64,000 bases of DNA from a virus (IMGVR_UViG_3300005663_000044:6833-70832); one strand, 5' to 3'. Positions 8,682 through 15,812 are shown, counted from the stretch's first letter. Program-made: numbers and translations. Notes: generated by a model not told the origin, from the sequence alone.

Positions 8682-8906
8682 CTATTCGTAGGTACTCCTA
8701 TTCTCGACACGATGTCGGTCAATGATTAGGTCAAAGAGAGGGCTTAGGACGCCCGCCTCAGATAGCAGCGTCTCGACACTCCCTATATTGCCCGTCTCAA
8801 AAGCCCAGCGTAGACCCTTGACGGTATCCGCGCGAAGCTCGGCCAATTCCCGGGCTTCCGCCCGTTCATTCTCGGCCTTTAGTTCCTCTAGTCCTTGCAT
8901 GTTCAA
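8682..8906 (-). CDS. hypothetical protein
   Basis: AAAGGGGG RBS; helical ORF. Confidence 0.5.
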   Translation of the reverse strand: MNMQGLEELKAENERAEARELAELRADTVKGLRWAFETGNIGSVETLLSEAGVLSPLFDLIIDRHRVENRSTYE

Positions 8907-9058
8907 CCCCCTTTAGGATTGCTTCCCTTTCAACTATTTACATGCTACTGTGTGATACTGACAGTGCCCGCAGTCGGGACAACAGTGACAGTATTGTGTT
9001 ACTTCACGTTTTCGTATTAGACAGATGATTTGTTATAGCCTAAGCATATTGTTACCCC

Positions 9059-9269
9059 CTACTTCACACGGGTTATCAGCCCGGTAGTGACGGTCACTGT
9101 AGCGTACCATCGCCGGTCATACGGCTCTGGGCCGACTACAGTATACTCACCGTCGCCCTTGAATTCGGCCCCGAACATCGACGTTTCCTCAAAGTCGGGG
9201 GGGTTCACCTATTGCGCCCTTCAGCGCCTTTTTCGTGGCGAATCGTCGGCTTGCGCTTGCTCCCATCAT
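9059..9269 (-). pseudogene. small conserved phage protein split by a +1 frameshift (pseudogene or programmed frameshift)
   Basis: AAAGGAG RBS, then MMGASASRRFATKKALKGAIGEPPRL* stopping at 9189. The +1 frame continues EETSMFGAEFKGDGEYTVVGPEPYDRRWYATVTVTTGLITRVK. Junction sequence CCC CCC CGA CTT TGA G. Confidence 0.7.
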
Positions 9270-9304
9270 GGTAGATACTCCTTTCGTTGTCTGTCAGATG
9301 ATGA

Positions 9305-9562
9305 TTACGGTAGCAGATGGCCGTTCTTACCGTAGGCGTAGGCAACGAATTTGTAATCGCGCTCGCCTTCCGGTAAGAATTCGATCCCTGTAACGAACCC
9401 TGTTACGGTACGGCCCGACACCTTGACGCTACCAGGCAGCGAGAAGAAGGTATCAGGCTCTTGTGTTATCTTCACGTAGCGCCTACGGCCATCTGAGCAT
9501 AGGGCGTTCTGGCAAGCCGTGGCAATCAGCCACGGGCCGAAGCGAACTATTGTTGCTTGCAT
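9305..9562 (-). CDS. conserved phage hypothetical protein
   Basis: 'DGRRRYVKITQEPDTFFSLPGSVKVSGRTVTGFVT'; strong RBS. Confidence 0.65.
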   Translation of the reverse strand: MQATIVRFGPWLIATACQNALCSDGRRRYVKITQEPDTFFSLPGSVKVSGRTVTGFVTGIEFLPEGERDYKFVAYAYGKNGHLLP

Positions 9563-9593
9563 GAATTTGTGCCCCTTTCCTTTGTTCTCTACC

Positions 9594-9633
9594 CTCTACT
9601 AGTAGTATCGACCCTTTGCCAAAAGTCGGAACC
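9594..9633 (-). promoter_or_regulatory. bipartite repeated promoter-like motif, copy 2
   Basis: GGTTC-N15-GGTCGATACTACTAGTAGAG, same as 5881-5920. Confidence 0.6.
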
Positions 9634-9664
9634 CCCCAACTGCATGTACAGTTGGGGGGTTCCG
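9621..9664 (-). terminator. 16-bp hairpin, probable intrinsic terminator
   Basis: CGGAACCCCCCAACTG-TACATG-CAGTTGGGGGGTTCCG followed by ACTTTT on the minus strand. Confidence 0.6.
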
Positions 9665-9822
9665 CGTGACGGAGCGACTATCGGCCCTCTAGCTATCTTC
9701 AGGTTAGCACACCCTCAACGTCTTATCAAGGGTACGCCGTGCTTAGTACCGAAAACCTGAAGGGGTAGGCGTTAGCTATTCACTTCCCTCTACTGATACT
9801 AACGTTGTGGATGGGCTGGATG

Positions 9823-10311
9823 TTACACGTTCGGTAGAACGCTATCCGGTATCGGCCCTGTTACTAGGGTATTCTCGGGCTCGCCTGCGCCGGTATTCCG
9901 GCGGGCTGGCGCCATAACCCTCATTGGCAGGGTTTCGCCCCCATCGTGGCTGAAGGGGTGCGAGAGATACCGAGAGCCGTTAGGGCGCTTAGTGGTGCCG
10001 CCCCGTAGTACAACTGTTTTCAGGTTCCCGCGTGTACAACGGGCCGTGTACAGCTCACCGTCAACACCCGTGTCTTTAATATCATCGACTAGGCGACGGG
10101 TCTGTACAACTGGCTCGACCCTTACGCGGTGGTGGCGGCGTTGTAGGAGCCTATCGCCCCATGTGTTAGGCTTCCGTGCCGCGCCGCCCGTATCGTTGCC
10201 TACGGGCCGCTGGCCGGTAGTGGGCGGGCAATCGGTGACAACGCGCGGGTGAATTGGTGGTAGCCCATTGATAGAGCCTTGTGTGAGGGTTCGCATCTTA
10301 GCTCCCCTCAT
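9823..10311 (-). CDS. hypothetical basic protein
   Basis: ORF; the likely start is MRTLTQ after GGGGAG. Confidence 0.45.
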   Translation of the reverse strand: MRGAKMRTLTQGSINGLPPIHPRVVTDCPPTTGQRPVGNDTGGAARKPNTWGDRLLQRRHHRVRVEPVVQTRRLVDDIKDTGVDGELYTARCTRGNLKTVVLRGGTTKRPNGSRYLSHPFSHDGGETLPMRVMAPARRNTGAGEPENTLVTGPIPDSVLPNV

Positions 10312-10453
10312 CCTCTAATTCATTGACTTCTAACTCGGCAAAGTCAATGTATGGGCGCATCGGCGTAGCGTCGAGCGCCGTTTGGATAATGAGGAGAATA
10401 TCGGTCTCATCTGTCAACTCTGATTCGACCTCACAAGTGAATGTAAATCTCAT
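10298..10453 (-). CDS. 51-aa acidic protein
   Basis: Read manually: MRFTFTCEVESELTDETDILLIIQTALDATPMRPYIDFAELEVNELEDEGS, with TAAGGG RBS. Confidence 0.55.
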   Translation of the reverse strand: MRFTFTCEVESELTDETDILLIIQTALDATPMRPYIDFAELEVNELEDEGS

Positions 10454-10540
10454 TAGTTAAACCCTTACTACTGGCGTACCAGTAGAGGGGAGTGATTAGC
10501 TAACGTATGGAACGGGGAGAGCGGAGGGTTAGCTGCCCTG

Positions 10541-10702
10541 TTACTTGTTGACTCTCTCACCCTCATGCAATCTGCCGTAGCACCGGCAGTCCATTTTCTC
10601 CTGGTGCCCGCATCGAATGTAACGTCCGTCTTTAACCCATGCCTGACGCTCATAGTCGAATGTGGGGGTGTTGGCACTAGTTATGGCACCTGATATGTTC
10701 AT
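10541..10702 (-). CDS. 53-aa Cys/His phage protein
   Basis: Read manually: MNISG...FDYERQAWVKDGRYIRCGHQEKMDCRCYGRLHEGE, with AGGAG RBS. Confidence 0.65.
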   Translation of the reverse strand: MNISGAITSANTPTFDYERQAWVKDGRYIRCGHQEKMDCRCYGRLHEGERVNK

Positions 10703-10717
10703 AAGGTTAGCTCCTAT

Positions 10718-10906
10718 TTATATCATATCGGTAGGGCGGACTATCTCTGCTTTTATATAGTCCGAATCGTTTGTACAAGCTAGCGAGACGTTGTAGCCCT
10801 CCTTGCCATACTCTTTAGTCCTGCGGATTGCTACATCTAGCCCTAACTTATGAGCTTTTGCTAAGGCAGCCTCGCGGGCCTCATGCCGGGTTTTGTAACG
10901 TTGCAG
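10718..10906 (-). CDS. hypothetical protein, probable CTG start
   Basis: AGGAG-7nt-CTG at 10906 gives (M)QRYKTRHEAREAAL... The upstream in-frame starts lie inside the stem arms without an RBS. Confidence 0.55.
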   Translation of the reverse strand: MQRYKTRHEAREAALAKAHKLGLDVAIRRTKEYGKEGYNVSLACTNDSDYIKAEIVRPTDMI

Positions 10907-10957
10907 ATTCTTGCTCCTATCTGGCGAGTCTAACCCCCGCTCTCCCCGTTCCATGTT

Positions 10958-11365
10958 GGAGTCACACACAGAGCGGAAGGCTAGGCGCTCACCTACTTAA
11001 TTAGCTATCGAGATTGACTCGGACATTGAAACTGCCGATACTACCTTCACCAGTGTAGGCGTCCACCAGCTTGCCCGTCTTCCCATTGTAGGAGAACGGA
11101 AAGCAGGTAGTGCAGAACAGTTCTGCCTGATACATTGTCCCTGGGCGAGAGTTTGGGTGATAGCCACGTTCAAAAGGCCAGTCTTTGGCAGGCTTGCCGC
11201 ACTTGCCACAATCACTGTGCTCAATATCGCTGGTGCCCTGCACTAGTATCGTCTTTGGAAAGTCATCGCTATCGAATGGGGCTTTAATATGACCCTGTAG
11301 TGGTTCAGTCATGGGAGGTTAGCTCCAGTCTGGCGAGTCTAACCCCCCGTTCTGTGTGTGACTCC
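10958..11365 (-). repeat. long-range inverted repeat B (10958-10993 / 11332-11365)
   Basis: 27-nt arms with 23 Watson-Crick, 3 G.U and 1 A.C on the minus strand, plus a 6-bp extension CUCGCC/GGUGAG; encloses one ORF. Confidence 0.9.
11001..11312 (-). CDS. Zn-finger-like hypothetical protein (first early gene)
   Basis: CGKCG and FCTTC motifs; GGAG RBS lies inside a hairpin. Confidence 0.6.
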   Translation of the reverse strand: MTEPLQGHIKAPFDSDDFPKTILVQGTSDIEHSDCGKCGKPAKDWPFERGYHPNSRPGTMYQAELFCTTCFPFSYNGKTGKLVDAYTGEGSIGSFNVRVNLDS

Positions 11366-11532
11366 GTATTCATTTTTCCGATGGCCTCGACTCAAGCTGA
11401 ATGGGGTTCTCGGCCAAGTGACCGGCTGGCCCCTCTGAATCTCCGGCTATTCGACCGGCCAAGATGCCGGTGCTTATTCTCCTCGGCAATTTCACGTCCC
11501 TGTGGCCGTATTGCCTCGCTATCAGTGTCGGT

Positions 11533-11561
11533 ATCATCTCACACATCTGAAGGGCTGTCAA
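11533..11561 (-). promoter_or_regulatory. sigma70-type early promoter
   Basis: CCCTTGACA-N17-GATGAT on the minus strand, pointing into the early block. Confidence 0.65.
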
Positions 11562-11604
11562 GGGGGTAGAGGGCATTTATTCGTCTACCCTAACCTATGC
11601 CCCA

Positions 11605-11797
11605 GAAACCTATAGTGAGGCACAATGGGTTGTGAGTCACAATAGGTTTCCCTGTAAATGGGTTGTGAGGCACAGGGGTTATTCAGACTAATGTATAGTG
11701 AGTCACCTTAGGTTAATCTTTTCATAAGGTGACTCACTATACATATTCGTGGTAATGTGTAGTGAGGCACAACCCATTGTGACTCACAACGGGTTTC
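11605..11797. repeat. array of 7 GTGAG(G/T)CAC pseudo-palindromes with a central perfect 20-bp inverted repeat
   Basis: Copies start at 11615, 11632, 11665, 11698, 11729, 11762 and 11779 (11729 and 11779 in reverse orientation, GTGACTCAC). Inverted repeat 11691-11710 / 11725-11744. Confidence 0.9.
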
Positions 11798-12259
11798 CTG
11801 CTCCCCCTCACGCCCATCACCCGCACCGGCCCGCCGGTCATGCGCCCCAGATGCACGGCCCGAACCTCGACGGCTCTCTGTAATCCCATCACGTATCGTA
11901 GTCTACTAACGTAGCTTAAGCATAGTGGTATCTACGTAGCTACGATGGTAGTAGTTATGTCATCTGCTATCGAGGTGTACGATTGTAGCTAGCATCCTGC
12001 TAGCTTAGTAGATGAGAATGTCTCGGCGTCGTGCCTCGCTAGTCTCGTTGGGGTGCGGGTACAGTATAGGATGGGATAGGATAGGACGGTGACGTTGGAT
12101 TATGGTGGTGTGGATGTGATAGTTAGACGTTACACTCAGTACGGGCAAAAATTAAGAAAATAGAGAGAAAAGCGGCCGTAGACAGACTCTGCGACCGCTT
12201 TAGGTGCCACAGGTGGACACAAGTGCCGCCTAATAAAGGGATTTTACGCTCCGCGGGTC

Positions 12260-12496
12260 TTAATTAAAGGAATTAACCCTCACCTTTTTAGCGGGAAGCC
12301 GCCTTTCAGCGTCTAGGAACTTGAGAAGCTCCTTTACCTGCTTTTGGGACAGGAGAACCACCTCTATACTAGGTTCTGACTCCAGACGGGGTTCGGTGTG
12401 GGACTGCTCAAGGCGTAAATAGCCACCATTAAGCTCAAATCTGACGGGCCAGTGGTAGTTTCCCTCGGTTCCCTGGATATATTCACTCTGTTTCAT
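12260..12496 (-). CDS. hypothetical protein
   Basis: GGAGGAG RBS; overlaps the upstream stop (ATGA). Confidence 0.6.
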   Translation of the reverse strand: MKQSEYIQGTEGNYHWPVRFELNGGYLRLEQSHTEPRLESEPSIEVVLLSQKQVKELLKFLDAERRLPAKKVRVNSFN

Positions 12497-12936
12497 TGTT
12501 CTACTCCTCCTAAGGTCTCTAAATAGTCTGTAAAGGACGGGTTAAAAAGCGCGGTTGAGCCGCGGCAGACCCGAACGTGCGAAATTGCTTGGGTACCCGT
12601 CATACCTGTAATTTCCATCACCACAAGGGCTGTGACAAGCCCAGACCGGTTGAGGCCGGCGTCACAGTGGATGAGGACGCGCCGGCCCTCTCTGATCTTC
12701 TGTGTGGCCCAGTACACTACCAACCCGAGCTCGTCTAGGTTGGGAAGGGGCCCATCGTCTATAGGCCAGTGAAGATAGTCTTTGGCATACTCTATTGTCT
12801 CATCAGGGTCATCGTAATGGGAAAGGTTGACAATAGCATGAATCCGTCCCTCTAGGATAAGTCTCGGACTCGATTCCAATTCCCCCGACATCCAGAGTCG
12901 ATTTAAGAGGATGTTCGAAAATGTGGTGTGATTCAT
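12493..12936 (-). CDS. dual-specificity protein phosphatase
   Basis: P-loop HCDAGLNRS (HCx5R) and 'WPIDDGP' acid loop. Confidence 0.9.
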   Translation of the reverse strand: MNHTTFSNILLNRLWMSGELESSPRLILEGRIHAIVNLSHYDDPDETIEYAKDYLHWPIDDGPLPNLDELGLVVYWATQKIREGRRVLIHCDAGLNRSGLVTALVVMEITGMTGTQAISHVRVCRGSTALFNPSFTDYLETLGGVEQ

Positions 12937-12944
12937 AGTATCTC

Positions 12945-13130
12945 CTATCTGGTGTGTGAGCTCTTGCCGGCGCCGGTGCCGCCTTCAACGTGGATATACG
13001 CGGGTAGGGAAGGAACCCAATCCACCTTCTTATGACAGATAGGACAAGGGTGAGTTTTAGGGACGTTTGTTAAAGGAAACGTCCTTTCGAACTTGCCATG
13101 TTTGGGGCATTTATAGACTTGAATGGGCAT
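12945..13130 (-). CDS. FmdB-like zinc-ribbon protein
   Basis: MPIQVYKCPKHGKFE...CPIC pattern; AGGAGG RBS. Confidence 0.7.
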   Translation of the reverse strand: MPIQVYKCPKHGKFERTFPLTNVPKTHPCPICHKKVDWVPSLPAYIHVEGGTGAGKSSHTR

Positions 13131-13150
13131 GATGCACCTCCTGACACCTT

Positions 13151-13179
13151 ATAATACCAGGATGTTCAATCTTTGTCAA
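13151..13179 (-). promoter_or_regulatory. sigma70 promoter, leftward
   Basis: TTGACA-N17-TATTAT with an extended TG. Confidence 0.8.
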
Positions 13180-13185
13180 ATGCCC

Positions 13186-13215
13186 TTGACAACCGGTTCT
13201 TACTAGTGGTATAGT
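13186..13215 (+). promoter_or_regulatory. sigma70 promoter, rightward (divergent pair)
   Basis: CCCTTGACA-N18-TATAGT with an extended TG. Confidence 0.8.
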
Positions 13216-13221
13216 GCAGGA

Positions 13222-13391
13222 GCGTTGGGATGGTCTGTCGAGTTGGTGAGGTGCCCGGGTTACAGCCACGAACCCCGGGCAGAGAGTGGTGGGTACGTGG
13301 AGAGTAAGCAGACCCACCAACGCCACAAGCCCCCCCGCCGTGGCTTACGCGACGGTGGGTGAACAGGAGCCTACGGGCTCTTGTTCTTTTT
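13222..13391 (+). ncRNA. putative ~170-nt structured small RNA
   Basis: Has its own promoter and terminator, no convincing plus-strand ORF, and several stems (GCGTTGG..GGTCTG / CAGACC..CCAACGC; GCCCGGG / CCCGGGC). Confidence 0.65.
13361..13391 (+). terminator. intrinsic terminator
   Basis: GAACAGGAGCC-TACG-GGCTCTTGTTC followed by TTTTT; cUACGg tetraloop. Confidence 0.85.
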
Positions 13392-13410
13392 CTAGTCATT
13401 TCGACTTGAC

Positions 13411-13440
13411 TTGCGTCCGCGGCCGGGCGGGAGGTATAGT
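13411..13440 (+). promoter_or_regulatory. sigma70-like promoter
   Basis: TTGCGT-N18-TATAGT before the AGGAGG RBS of 13462. Confidence 0.55.
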
Positions 13441-13461
13441 GTAGGTAGGAGGATTTGACTA

Positions 13462-13788
13462 ATGACTATCAAACCAAGACCAGTATTCACGTTTCCCTTT
13501 GCGGACACAGCCACGCCTTTTGATGTGACGCTGACAACGCCGGCTACGGCTGAAGACCTTGTGCTTGTGCCCAGCACCAAGAAGGGGCGGGTACTCTCAC
13601 TGGTCAATGAGGGGCCGGGGGCTGTAGCCCTCGCCTTCGACGCGACGGCGGTTGTTACCGACCTTTTACTGGAGGAAGGCGATGCTTACGATGAACAGAA
13701 CTTGGAAATCAGTACCAATGTCTCGTTTATCAATGTGACGGCCAGCCAAAGCCCACGTATCCGCGGTATACTGTGGAGCGGTGATTAA
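13462..13788 (+). CDS. small beta-sandwich protein, possibly virion-associated
   Basis: AGGAGG RBS; beta-rich sequence. Confidence 0.6.
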   Translation: MTIKPRPVFTFPFADTATPFDVTLTTPATAEDLVLVPSTKKGRVLSLVNEGPGAVALAFDATAVVTDLLLEEGDAYDEQNLEISTNVSFINVTASQSPRIRGILWSGD

Positions 13789-13941
13789 GATGCCGATTGT
13801 TCCTGCTCTGAAGCCTTCTCGGAAAGTTCTAGCGGCGCTTCTTCTGCCGTCTTATTTGCAGATGCAGACGAGTCCCACTGGAAGTCTTGACTCTCTGAGG
13901 GCTAGTATGGAGGAGCTGGAGAGAATGTTGGAGAAATAGAG

Positions 13942-14166
13942 ATGGACTTTTGGGATATGCACCAAACACTAGATGCTACTTGTGACTGTCCTCCGGTACA
14001 GTGTGACGCTTGCGTTATTGACCCGGTAATCTGTGATGAGTGCGGCCGGGGCTTCATACATACTCACTTCGACGAAGACCTTGAGGCCTTAGAGGGGCGT
14101 TGTGATTACTGTTCCTGTCTGGGCGTACCAATAGATGAGGACGAGATAGAATTGGGAGTGACCTAA
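13942..14166 (+). CDS. acidic Cys-rich protein
   Basis: Several CxxC motifs; GGAG RBS. Confidence 0.5.
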   Translation: MDFWDMHQTLDATCDCPPVQCDACVIDPVICDECGRGFIHTHFDEDLEALEGRCDYCSCLGVPIDEDEIELGVT

Positions 14167-14864
14167 TGGCTTTTATCCACGGATTCCGATCATTCTCATT
14201 TGCCCGCTGTTTTAGAACCGGGTTACCAGTTCTGGCCGGCGCTGCGGGACAACACCTCCACCAAACGCTTCAAGTTGAAGCTGTGTGTCGTGGTATCTCT
14301 GCGGCTAGGTGGATGACTGAAACCGCTAAGGAGAGTCTACAGGCAGTGGCTAAGGGAGGCCCCTCTGTCCCACATGACGGGCCGGCGCCAGATTGGGACT
14401 GTACGTGTGGGGCCTACTTCTACAGGACTTGGGAAGATGTTTGGATGGGTGGGGCTAGTGCTTATGCTCATGTCACTTGTTTAGGGCGTACAATGTTACA
14501 TAGTAGTGGAGGTCGCGCGACTACGTATTCTGTTGACTACCTCGTAGCACCGAAACGGCCGGATGATAAGGTCTATCTTCCTGTGGAGAACGCGGATGAA
14601 GCTCGGGCCCAGGGCCTGAAGATTGTTCACTACCCTTACAATCCCTACGACTTTCTCTTAATTGCTAGTCGGTGGACGTTTGCTGAGGAATGTGTACAGT
14701 CTGAACTACTAGACAGACTTGCTTTGAGTCTTGGAGTACCTGTACTAGAAAAGACTGACCTAAAAGGTTGCCCAAGCTGCCTTATTGCTAACAAATGGAG
14801 AGAACCTAGGGAAGTAACACCGCGGATGTACAAAGATTGGTTTGGGGAGTCCTACCATGTATAG
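14166..14864 (+). CDS. conserved hypothetical protein (HxxPxPxxxCxCGxY motif)
   Basis: 'HDGPAPDWDCTCGAYFY...GRTMLHSSGGRA' motif; coupled to the upstream stop. Confidence 0.65.
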   Translation: MAFIHGFRSFSFARCFRTGLPVLAGAAGQHLHQTLQVEAVCRGISAARWMTETAKESLQAVAKGGPSVPHDGPAPDWDCTCGAYFYRTWEDVWMGGASAYAHVTCLGRTMLHSSGGRATTYSVDYLVAPKRPDDKVYLPVENADEARAQGLKIVHYPYNPYDFLLIASRWTFAEECVQSELLDRLALSLGVPVLEKTDLKGCPSCLIANKWREPREVTPRMYKDWFGESYHV

Positions 14865-15054
14865 CCCACGTCTCGGAGAGAAAATTGGTCGGCCACTCAC
14901 TGAGGAGGTAGGCCAACCGCGCATTCTACCCGCGGTCAAACGTATTCCTTTACCAGAGGTACAACCAATACCTGTAAAAACTCCTGTGCCTGAAGAAGTT
15001 ACTGTACCTGCTTCATACGGTGCCCTTGACAGGCGGTGTGTACAAGCCCTATAA
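14842..15054 (+). CDS. small Pro-rich protein
   Basis: 'IGRP...P...PIPVKTPVPEEVTVPA'; the likely start is MYSPR. Confidence 0.5.
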   Translation: MGSPTMYSPRLGEKIGRPLTEEVGQPRILPAVKRIPLPEVQPIPVKTPVPEEVTVPASYGALDRRCVQAL

Positions 15055-15055
15055 T
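15026..15055 (+). promoter_or_regulatory. consensus sigma70 promoter
   Basis: CCCTTGACA-N18-TATAAT, followed by a GGATGGCG/CGCCATCC hairpin. Confidence 0.85.
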
Positions 15056-15110
15056 GAACCTAGTGGATGGCGCCGCCATCCAGAAAACTCTTTCAAGGAG
15101 AAAATAACCT

Positions 15111-15812
15111 ATGCCTTACGAACGTGATGTAAATGTATTCGCCGAATCCCAGCATGGTGATGCTATTAAACCCGATGGCACTAAGCAGCCGGTGAAGGCC
15201 ACAAGAGACGGTGCAATCTTTACCGCAGATTGGTACCTCAAGCAGCTCTTACGTGGCCGTATTCACCAAGTCGCTGGTGGAGCCACTAATCAGGGAATTA
15301 CCGACCCGGGTACATTTGGTGCCGGTGCGTTGGACACTACTGAGTTCGACTTACTAGTCGAGGTGCCCACAGGTACAGTCATCATCCCTCTTGGGTGGAC
15401 AGTAGTTCTGGAGAAATTCGGTGCTACTGGTCTCCTTGAGATACTACTGGCGTGGGGTACTGGTGCCGTTAGTGGAGGTACCGATCTGACATTGGTTCCA
15501 GTGAACCAAAATCTCAGTTCAAGCAAGAAGAGTGCTCTGACGAACAACATTGTTGCACTCGCTGCTGCCAGTGGTACTGCTCTTACGCAGGAGGGTGAAA
15601 TCTGGCGTGATGGCCTTCAGCTTGTTGAAGACATTGCTGCCAATGACAACGCTGCATGGCCGAGCCGCTTCCAGTTCAAGGCTCAAGCCCCTGATGAACT
15701 GTTCGTTATCGAAGGCCCCCGGTTCATTGCCGGTTGGGTTTCGTCTGTGGGAGCCACGGGCTTCCAGAAGTTCACTTGGGCAGAGTTCGAGACGGGCGAA
15801 GACATTGGTTAA
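15111..15812 (+). CDS. putative virion structural protein
   Basis: Beta- and Gly/Ala-rich, strong promoter and RBS, late block. Confidence 0.55.
   Translation: MPYERDVNVFAESQHGDAIKPDGTKQPVKATRDGAIFTADWYLKQLLRGRIHQVAGGATNQGITDPGTFGAGALDTTEFDLLVEVPTGTVIIPLGWTVVLEKFGATGLLEILLAWGTGAVSGGTDLTLVPVNQNLSSSKKSALTNNIVALAAASGTALTQEGEIWRDGLQLVEDIAANDNAAWPSRFQFKAQAPDELFVIEGPRFIAGWVSSVGATGFQKFTWAEFETGEDIG

Larger units (their letters stand above)
9770..10505 (-). repeat. long-range inverted repeat C (9770-9799 / 10476-10505)
   Basis: 30-nt arms with 27 Watson-Crick pairs and 1 G.U on the minus strand; encloses two ORFs. Confidence 0.9.
10507..10954 (-). repeat. long-range inverted repeat A (10507-10532 / 10930-10954)
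   Basis: 25 bp with a single bulge; encloses two small ORFs. Confidence 0.9.

Noticed and set aside
8934-9047. Possible Cys-rich minus-strand ORF with an internal TAA (MLRL*QIICL...CPDCGHC)
   Set aside because: Too short and no recognisable family; cannot separate a pseudogene from noise.
9770-11365. Retron a1/a2 repeats, integron cassettes or IS ends
   Set aside because: No reverse transcriptase, integrase or transposase in the window; the three arm pairs differ from each other and no target duplications were seen.
11691-11744. Functional T7/SP6 promoters
   Set aside because: The core resembles them but lacks the +1 G run, no RNA polymerase gene is in the window, and the match is explained by the palindromic repeat.
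11605-11797. CRISPR mini-array
   Set aside because: Repeats are only 9 bp, occur in both orientations and have related, not unique, spacers; no cas genes.
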